Made by a program: the position numbers and the translations under genes
Part shown: positions 57,340 to 64,000 of the stretch, piece by piece
Position numbering within the stretch: the stretch's first letter is position 1
How the letters are laid out: each line of letters opens with the position of its first letter
From: Candidatus Poribacteria bacterium
GTDB lineage: Bacteria > Poribacteria > WGA-4E > WGA-3G
DNA length: 64,000 nucleotides
Direction of reading: 5' to 3'
Assembly (NCBI GenBank): GCA_965205015.1
Contig: OZ242029.1
Location: 2,784,001-2,848,000, forward strand
The notes under the pieces: generated by a model
The model's input: only the letters and a program-made list of their open reading frames with translations
Database searches by the model: none
What the model was told of the DNA's origin: nothing

Positions 57340-58875
57340 TTATTTTTCAAATGGGGGGACGACAGAGACACGCGCCAAAAAAGCATTGGAAGTGCTCTTT
57401 TGGTTGTTTGCCCTTGTAGCGACCAACTTAAAATGCTGTTTGCCCTCCCTGAAGTGGTGAAAGATATGTCCTGTATTGCCGGGCAAAACGTTCCATGTCC
57501 CAGTCAGTGCTTTATCTGTCGTTTTGTTTGTCAGAATTTTCGCATCGGCATCAAACAATTCAAACGTTCCTGCTGCCGCCCCTGCTCCGACCTGTATCTC
57601 AATGTGGAGCACGCCGCGTTCAAAAGGGGTGGTATCAATCTCCACGACCGTGTAATCTGGCGTATCGGTGTCGGATGTGTTGAAAACATGCAAAATCTCC
57701 ATCAACTCCGTCCCTAAGCTGATCGGGTTTCGATCTAATTTTGAGGCGTTCCCTACACGAGCGCGTTTTCCTTCAAACGCATCCACGGAATGCTGCAGCA
57801 CCGATAGGTATGCTTGCGCGTGATTCCTGTAAGGCAGTGCCATCTCCGGTTGATGCATAATGACTTCCGCGTCGGGGGTCAGTGCCAGAATATCCACAGA
57901 GTCGGTGTAATGGTGTTTCATCTTTTGAGCGACGAGACTCACCCCTTCGCCTTCCGCGCCACCTATCAGTTCTGGCAATTCCCGGAGGAGCACCCACGTA
58001 TTGACGAACTTTTCGTTGAGCGTTTTTATGACTTCAGGATTGGAGAGCGGACCCGCCCTCAAATTTTTGCCATTCGCTCAGCACGATTCATCATCTAAAC
58101 ACCCCCAGACAAGGATGGCATGGATCGGCCGATGGGTCGCTTTTGCCTGTGCGACTGCCTCATCAATCGGCAGCCAGTTGATCTCCGCGAACTTGTAGAA
58201 CTTCAGTTCCAATGCACGATGTGCTTCTTCCGTTGTGATAGTAGCGTCCCACGTGATCTCGTTTTGGTCGGTCTCATCTATAGCGAGGAGTTCCATACGC
58301 GGCACGAAAACCATATCCGCTCCCCCAGAGGCGTTGAGGTCAACGTTCGTGTTGCGCGCCGGCAAGGCTAATGAAAACGCGCGAATCGTTCCGCTTTCTA
58401 CATTCACCACTACTTTCCCTGCAAATTGTGATGGAATAAACCTGGCTTCGGACTCCCACTCATCGTTTTTTTCTTGCCACTCCTGATGAGCAGCGGAGTT
58501 CAACGCGAATTCTGCATGAATTCGGAAAGCAATTTCTGCGTAGTCTGAGGCACGTGCCCGTAAGCAGGCAAAGGCACCTTCCTCACCGTACCCTAAATCA
58601 GCCGTTGCTCCCGGATGAAACTGACGCAGGAAGGAAACAACACTGTTCGCATCAAGTTTATAGACATCCCCTACCGTCACAGCAGATGGTGGCAGGAACG
58701 CAGTGAAAGCATCAGTCCGGTATTCCTTAACAGGTTGGTTTGGTGACAGATCGAAAAGTTCAACGTGTTCTGGCGATGCCTTGTGCATACGAAAGGTAGA
58801 ATCCGCAATCGGTTCCCAATGTGCATGCACCTGTAGACGTGTTGAACTATTTAGGACATTACAAAGGTTTATCAC
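57340..58875 (-). CDS. Selenoprotein N-like protein, copy 3 (Sec at TGA 58078-58080; 511 aa; no obvious signal peptide)
   Basis: In frame across TGA: IHAILVWGCLDDESC-U-ANGKNLRAGPLSNPEVIKTLNEKFVNTWVLLRELPEL; GGAGG before GTG 58875. Confidence 0.88.
58043..58060 (-). promoter_or_regulatory. Candidate bacterial SECIS hairpin
   Basis: GAGGGCG-GGTC-CGCTCTC starting 17 nt after the UGA. Confidence 0.65.
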
Positions 58876-59087
58876 TATGTGCCTCCATTAATTTAAGATG
58901 CCTTTACAGAAAACTGTTGGATAAATTGGAGTATTCAGTCTTACTATTCATACGCATTTTCGGATGCACCTTCAGAAAGAATAGGAAAGCATTCTTGACA
59001 AAATAAAAAACCTACATAGAATGGTATGCAAAACAGCGGAAATCGCTCGTATCTCTTTGCAACGTTCAAAACGGAAAGGAACAGTCA

Positions 59088-60434
59088 ATGATTCAGACGG
59101 CTTACAAGGAAGCGTATCGTCCACAGTTCCACTTTACACCCAAGACCAATTGGACCAACGATCCGAACGGCTTAATCCATTACAAAGGTGAGTACCATCT
59201 CTTCTTCCAACACAACCCATTCGGTATCGACTGGGGCAACATGACGTGGGGACACGCCGTTAGCACAGACCTCGTCCATTGGAAACAACTCCCGCATGCC
59301 CTCCATCCAGATGAACTCGGCACAATCTTCTCGGGTTCTGGTGTCGTGGACTGGAAAAATACGGGGGGGTTTCAGACTGCGGACGAGGCGGTACTCGTCA
59401 ATTTTTATACGTCTGCAGGCAGCCACGCCCCGAAAGAGGTTCCGTTCACACAAAGCATCGCCTACAGCAACGATCGCGGACGGAGTTGGACAAAATATGA
59501 AGGGAATCCCGTGATTGAGCATATCGTGAGGGATAACCGCGACCCGAAAGTCATTTGGCACGAACCGACGCAAAAGTGGGTCATGGCACTTTACCTCGAC
59601 CAGAATGACTATGCCCTATTCGGTTCGACAAATCTCAAGGAGTGGACACGGTTATCCGACCTGCAGATTCCCGATACAGAATGCCCGGATATCTTTGAGC
59701 TTCCCGTTGACGGTGATCCGGATAATACCAAATGGGTTTTCTGGGGCGCAGCGGGAAAATATTACGTCGGTAGTTTCGATGGAACGACCTTTACACCCGA
59801 AGATGACGCACAGCGCGCCGACTACGGTGCCAATTTCTATGCGGCGCAAACGTGGAGCGATGTGCCAGAATTCGATGGCAGACGCATCCAAATTGCTTGG
59901 ATGAGTGGCAGTAAACCACCGGATATGCCTTTTAATCAACAGATGAGCTTCCCGTGTGAGTTGACCCTTCGGACGACTTCAGAGGGGATACGGCTACACC
60001 GAGAACCGGTTGAAGAGATCGAAAACATCCACACATATACGCACGCGTGGAGCGACCTTTCACTCAAACCGGGTGAAGACCCGCTTGCAGGATTGACAGG
60101 CGAACTGTTCGATATCCGCGCTGAAATAGTCTTGAACGATGCGACTGCCGTTGGTTTCAAAATTCGCGGGCAGGATGTCCGTTACGACGTTGGATCTCAG
60201 CAGCTCACGTTCTTAGAAAGAAGCGGACCCCTCGCGCCACGAAATGGGAAGATCCGCTTGCAAATTTTAGTCGATCGTATCTCTATTGAAGCATTCGGAA
60301 ACGATGGTAATCTCTCAATGACGTCCTATTTCCTGCCAGATCTGGACAACGCTGACATCGGAATCTATGCAGAGGGAAGCACAGCGACGTTCGTATCCCT
60401 GAAAGTACACGAGTTAAGGTCTTCGTGGGTGTAA
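59088..60434 (+). CDS. Glycoside hydrolase family 32 (levanase/beta-fructofuranosidase-like)
   Basis: WTNDPNG, WGHAVS, FSGS, RDP and ECP catalytic motifs. Confidence 0.95.
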   Translation: MIQTAYKEAYRPQFHFTPKTNWTNDPNGLIHYKGEYHLFFQHNPFGIDWGNMTWGHAVSTDLVHWKQLPHALHPDELGTIFSGSGVVDWKNTGGFQTADEAVLVNFYTSAGSHAPKEVPFTQSIAYSNDRGRSWTKYEGNPVIEHIVRDNRDPKVIWHEPTQKWVMALYLDQNDYALFGSTNLKEWTRLSDLQIPDTECPDIFELPVDGDPDNTKWVFWGAAGKYYVGSFDGTTFTPEDDAQRADYGANFYAAQTWSDVPEFDGRRIQIAWMSGSKPPDMPFNQQMSFPCELTLRTTSEGIRLHREPVEEIENIHTYTHAWSDLSLKPGEDPLAGLTGELFDIRAEIVLNDATAVGFKIRGQDVRYDVGSQQLTFLERSGPLAPRNGKIRLQILVDRISIEAFGNDGNLSMTSYFLPDLDNADIGIYAEGSTATFVSLKVHELRSSWV

Positions 60435-60557
60435 TACCCAACGCATAGGATTTATGGGGGAACCTAAGTCGCCAAAAAGCGCGCCTGCAATATCATAGAA
60501 ACTGCTGAGCGCGCTTGGAGGAAGATTGATATTTTTTACAGGACAGACCAAATCTGT

Positions 60558-60887
60558 TTAGACGCTAAACGACTCACCACAACCGCATGTGTTTTTAGCG
60601 TTCGGATTTGTTATTTTAAAGCCTGAATCCATCAAACCATCGTTATAGTCCAGTACGGAACCGGCGAGATAGAGCGTGCTACGAGGATCGATGAAAACCT
60701 TCAAGCCGTGAAATTCAAAAACTTTGTCGGTGCCTTTTGCGGGACCAAACTCAAGATTATATTGGAAGCCGGAGCATCCACCGCCAACGACCTGCATTCG
60801 CAAACCGAGTTCGGATTCAGCTGGGGATTCACTGTGGCTAATGAGAGTAATCGCTTTTTGTGCGGCGGATTCTGTAACGGTAATCAT
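60558..60887 (-). CDS. A-type Fe-S carrier (IscA/ErpA family)
   Basis: GGCSG and CGCGESF motifs. Confidence 0.95.
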   Translation of the reverse strand: MITVTESAAQKAITLISHSESPAESELGLRMQVVGGGCSGFQYNLEFGPAKGTDKVFEFHGLKVFIDPRSTLYLAGSVLDYNDGLMDSGFKITNPNAKNTCGCGESFSV

Positions 60888-61264
60888 GGTGATTGCGCCT
60901 CCTTTTTGGACAAAAAATCAGCAATAGCCATTTTTAGGACTTCTTCGGCAGCGTTCGCGTAACGTTGTTTATCCAGCGGCAGTCCTCCCAACGCTTCAGA
61001 GAGTTGCACAGCGGTAATCTCCAATGCCTCCGGGATATCGGTGCCGGTAATCAGTTCAGTGAGGATCGAAGCACTCGCGATAGCGGTGGGGCAACCGAAT
61101 GCTCGAAATTTCGCCGTAACGATCACGTTATCCGTTATCATGAGTGTGAGTTTTATCATCTCACCGTCAGCAGGCGAACCGATACTGGCAGTGCCGTCAG
61201 CATCGACAATTGTTCCGATATTGCGCGGGTTTTCGTAATGTTCAGTTACCTGTGGCGTGTACAT
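60884..61264 (-). CDS. IscU/NifU-N-like protein lacking two of three Cys ligands
   Basis: Y...V.EHY.NPRN.G, KF.AFGC..AIAS.S; CGD replaced by DGE and HC replaced by RY. Confidence 0.8.
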   Translation of the reverse strand: MYTPQVTEHYENPRNIGTIVDADGTASIGSPADGEMIKLTLMITDNVIVTAKFRAFGCPTAIASASILTELITGTDIPEALEITAVQLSEALGGLPLDKQRYANAAEEVLKMAIADFLSKKEAQSP

Positions 61265-61371
61265 GATCAAGGTTGTCAGTTATCAGTTACGAAAGAATTT
61301 TGTTGAACGAGAACTCTTAACTGAAAGCCAAGGACTGAAAGGATTTTCGTAGAAAATCCGAACTGATAACT

Positions 61372-61400
61372 ATTATACGATATTTCTAAATGATTGTCAA
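61372..61400 (-). promoter_or_regulatory. sigma70 promoter of iscU-like/iscA
   Basis: Perfect TTGACA-N17-TATAAT on the minus strand. Confidence 0.8.
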
Positions 61401-61643
61401 ATTTTTAAGTTGGCAATTCCATTCTAATTCGTTTAAACTGTTTCAAAACAGGTGTCGGTCTACGGGAGGACAGTTAAGATGAAGACCAAACCCGCAATAA
61501 TACGCAGAAACACGCAGAAACCGCCAAGCAAAAACACGTGGACGACTCGTGAGAAAGGGACATCAAAGTCCTAGGGGGAATACCCCAGCAAAAACACCTA
61601 CGTTGTTTTTCCGCAAGGTCAATTAAAAGAAGGAGAATGTCCA

Positions 61644-62342
61644 ATGTTTCAGAGATTTCAAGTAATACTCGGTTTAACCCTCTGTTTCCTACTGCTCCAA
61701 CCGTTTGCAAGCTTTGCCGTAGAGGAATTCAAGGTTTCAAAAAACGGAAAGGGTGAGCAGATCTGGTTTGAGGCGGAAGTCTTTGACGAAAGGGATTCCA
61801 AGGATGTCTATAAATTAGGTAAAGGTGAAAAGGCTGTGGATCCTGCCGATGGTGCCTTCGGGGATATTATCACAAATGCAGGAGCTGGGAAAAAAGGGTG
61901 GATACTCTATAGGTTCGACATCAGTCGTGCAGGCGGAAAAGCCGGAGACTGGCGGTTCATCGGGCGCGTCATTAATCCGAGCAACCATTCAGACTGGTTG
62001 TGGGTCTTAGGTGACGATGGTGATAAAATTCCAGATGCCGAACCTGCCTTTGTCCGTCCCAATCACATTATCTTTGAAGAAAATATTCCGGAATGGACAT
62101 GGAAGAAGACGGGAGATTTTGGACAGGATGCTGGCACGATTAATGAATTACAGGACGGTGAAAACGTCATGATGATATGGACACGGCAAAGTTCGCTTCA
62201 GGTCCAATATGATGTCTTTTGCTGGTCCAGCGACTTGGAATATCAACCTACGGATGAAGACTACGAGAAAGCGGACAAAAAAACTCTACCGGTGCATCCC
62301 GATGGATTGCTAACCACAACGTGGAGTCGGCTCAAACAGTAA
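61644..62342 (+). CDS. Secreted hypothetical protein (tandem paralog 1)
   Basis: AGGAG RBS; signal peptide; IWFEAE.FD; ends PVHPDGLLTTTWSRLKQ. Confidence 0.85.
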   Translation: MFQRFQVILGLTLCFLLLQPFASFAVEEFKVSKNGKGEQIWFEAEVFDERDSKDVYKLGKGEKAVDPADGAFGDIITNAGAGKKGWILYRFDISRAGGKAGDWRFIGRVINPSNHSDWLWVLGDDGDKIPDAEPAFVRPNHIIFEENIPEWTWKKTGDFGQDAGTINELQDGENVMMIWTRQSSLQVQYDVFCWSSDLEYQPTDEDYEKADKKTLPVHPDGLLTTTWSRLKQ

Positions 62343-62378
62343 CTGCTTTAAAATAGCACAAAAGTGCGATGAAGGAGA

Positions 62379-63077
62379 ATGATTATGCTTCGGAAATGTC
62401 AGTTAACCTTCGGCTTAGTTTTCTGTTTCCTGTTGGTACAACCGTTTACAGGCTTTGCTGTAGAGGAATTTAGAATTTCTCAATATGGCAGTGGCGAACA
62501 GATCTGGTTTGAGGCGGAAGCCTTTGACGAAAGGGATTCTGCGGATGTTTATAAATTAGGCAAGGGTGAAGGGGCACTTGATCCCACGGAAGGTGCCTTC
62601 GATGATATCATCACGAATGCTGGTGGACAAGGTTGGATACTCTACAGGTTTGACATCAGTGCTGCTGATGGAAAAGCCGGGGATTGGCGATTTATCGTGC
62701 GTGCCATTAATCCGAGCAACCACTCCGATTGGTTATGGGTTTTGGGCGACGACGGTGATGAAATTCCAACCGCTGCCCCCGCTTTTGTGCGTCCGGATCA
62801 CATTATCCTTGAAGAAAACGTTCCCGAATGGACCTGGGTGCGGACAGGTGATTTCGGACAGGATGGTGGCACGGTCAACAAGTTACAGGACGGTGAAAAT
62901 GTCATGATGATATGGACGCGACAAAGCTCGAACCAGGTTCAGCTCGACGTTATCTGCTGGTCCAGCGACTTGGAATATGAACCCACAGATGAAGACTATG
63001 AGAATGCCAGCAGCGGGGTTACTCCCGTCCACCCCGAAGGGCTACTCACCACAACATGGGCGCGGCTTAAGCAGTAG
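62379..63077 (+). CDS. Secreted hypothetical protein (tandem paralog 2)
   Basis: Highly similar to 61644-62342; ends PVHPEGLLTTTWARLKQ. Confidence 0.85.
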   Translation: MIMLRKCQLTFGLVFCFLLVQPFTGFAVEEFRISQYGSGEQIWFEAEAFDERDSADVYKLGKGEGALDPTEGAFDDIITNAGGQGWILYRFDISAADGKAGDWRFIVRAINPSNHSDWLWVLGDDGDEIPTAAPAFVRPDHIILEENVPEWTWVRTGDFGQDGGTVNKLQDGENVMMIWTRQSSNQVQLDVICWSSDLEYEPTDEDYENASSGVTPVHPEGLLTTTWARLKQ

Positions 63078-63567
63078 TTGCGGCGTTTTCGTCAAGTGCT
63101 TTTGGCTCTAATTCTGCTTGGCACTCAGCACAGTAACCGATGATTTCATTACGGAAGCGCACGGCTTTAAAGTCGTGTGCTTCACACACGGCTTTCTGCA
63201 AAGCATCAATTTGCGGTTCTTTAAACTCAACAATCTGGTTACATCGCAGACAGATGAGATGTGCGTGTTCCCGAAGTGAATGGATACTCTCATAACGCGT
63301 GTTCTTCTGGGCGTCGATAAATTCTGTCAATAGCCCACTTTTTACCAGCAGCGGCAACGTCCGATAGATGGTCGGACGCGACACGCGGTAACCGTTTCGA
63401 CGCATCTGAACCAAGAGGTCTTCTGTTTGAAAATGTCCCGGATAGTCAAAGACTTGGTTTAAGATGTCCAATCGCTTTTGGGTCAAACGGAGTCCATAAC
63501 TTTTGAGATAATCTTCAAACTGTTTTGCAAACTCTATATCGCGAGTAGTTTCTTCAGCGGTTTCCAT
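63067..63567 (-). CDS. Fur family transcriptional regulator
   Basis: GLRLTQKR..IL, TIYRTL, H.HLICLRC, GYCAEC. Confidence 0.92.
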   Translation of the reverse strand: METAEETTRDIEFAKQFEDYLKSYGLRLTQKRLDILNQVFDYPGHFQTEDLLVQMRRNGYRVSRPTIYRTLPLLVKSGLLTEFIDAQKNTRYESIHSLREHAHLICLRCNQIVEFKEPQIDALQKAVCEAHDFKAVRFRNEIIGYCAECQAELEPKALDENAATTA

Positions 63568-63580
63568 TTTCCGCCCCCTT

Positions 63581-64000
63581 TCAACTGGACGCAAAAGACA
63601 GACGACGACACGACGGCGCAAAATCGTTTTTCACAGCGTACTTATAAAACAGTTCAAGCCCTTTGATCGCAGATTCGCCTAAGTCGTATTTGATGTGATG
63701 TTGCAAATAATTGCGGCACAGTTCTTCTGGTAAACCGAGTTTTCGCGCCTCAATCTGTGCAATTTCCGGGATTCGCGCGATACCTCGTACTTTTGATTCA
63801 AGGAGTAACGCCGGTAGGTCTCCGAGTTGGGCTCCCGTCTTGGCAACCCAACAGGCGTAGACAAAGGGTAAACCTGTTAGCTGATGCCACGCTTCACCAA
63901 GGTCTAAGTTGTATTCTGTTGAACCCAGATGCCTGAGTGCTGGATCTCCAATGAGAAGGATCGCATCAAAAGGCGGATCCTGACGGTCTTGAAGGGCTGT
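63581..64000 (-). CDS. mqnA: MqnA chorismate dehydratase (futalosine pathway), 3' part; not in the ORF track
   Basis: Frame open from the window edge: DAILLIGDPAL...DLGEAWHQLTGLPFVYACW...GLELFY; stop at 63581-63583. Confidence 0.85.
   Translation of the reverse strand, partial: TALQDRQDPPFDAILLIGDPALRHLGSTEYNLDLGEAWHQLTGLPFVYACWVAKTGAQLGDLPALLLESKVRGIARIPEIAQIEARKLGLPEELCRNYLQHHIKYDLGESAIKGLELFYKYAVKNDFAPSCRRLSFASS

Noticed and set aside
50101-58080. The three in-frame TGAs as nonsense mutations or an alternative genetic code
   Set aside because: The same position in three divergent paralogs, matching the Sec site of SelN, argues against decay. TGA is a normal stop in other genes here, such as the 27229-29763 kinase and mqnA.
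41938-58875. Prophage or integrative element as the explanation for the island
   Set aside because: No integrase, phage or conjugation genes and no flanking att repeats were seen.

Overview
Bacterial chromosomal window. The gene repertoire suggests Candidatus Poribacteria or a relative; this is inferred from FGE-sulfatase, LamG, WD40, LRR, TPR and NHL paralogs, ECF sigma factors with long C-terminal extensions, and secreted proteins ending in a P..L.TTW..LK motif. 1-14 kb holds secreted/repeat proteins and gene remnants. 16.6-22.9 kb holds a tRNA cluster (all four tRNA-Ser, Arg-ACG, Ala-CGC) with a TnpB-only IS, followed by tadA, large SRP RNA, dnaX-ybaB-recR. 23-36 kb holds mnmG-rsmG, a partner-switching module, galK and a ROK kinase. 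The main finding is the minus-strand island at 42-59 kb. Three ORF pairs that the ORF track splits at an in-frame TGA read through as homologs of animal selenoprotein N (DESC-U-GSGKALR / DESC-U-ANGKNLR), each with a SECIS-like hairpin 17 nt after the UGA. All three carry a C-terminal domain that is also fused to a neighbouring membrane-anchored ECF sigma factor, and five ECF-type promoter motifs (GCAMC-N18-CGTCA) head the island's transcription units. At least four families of small repeats/MITEs occur in the window, many inserted in frame in proteins. All family assignments come from motif recognition by eye; no searches or folding programs were run.
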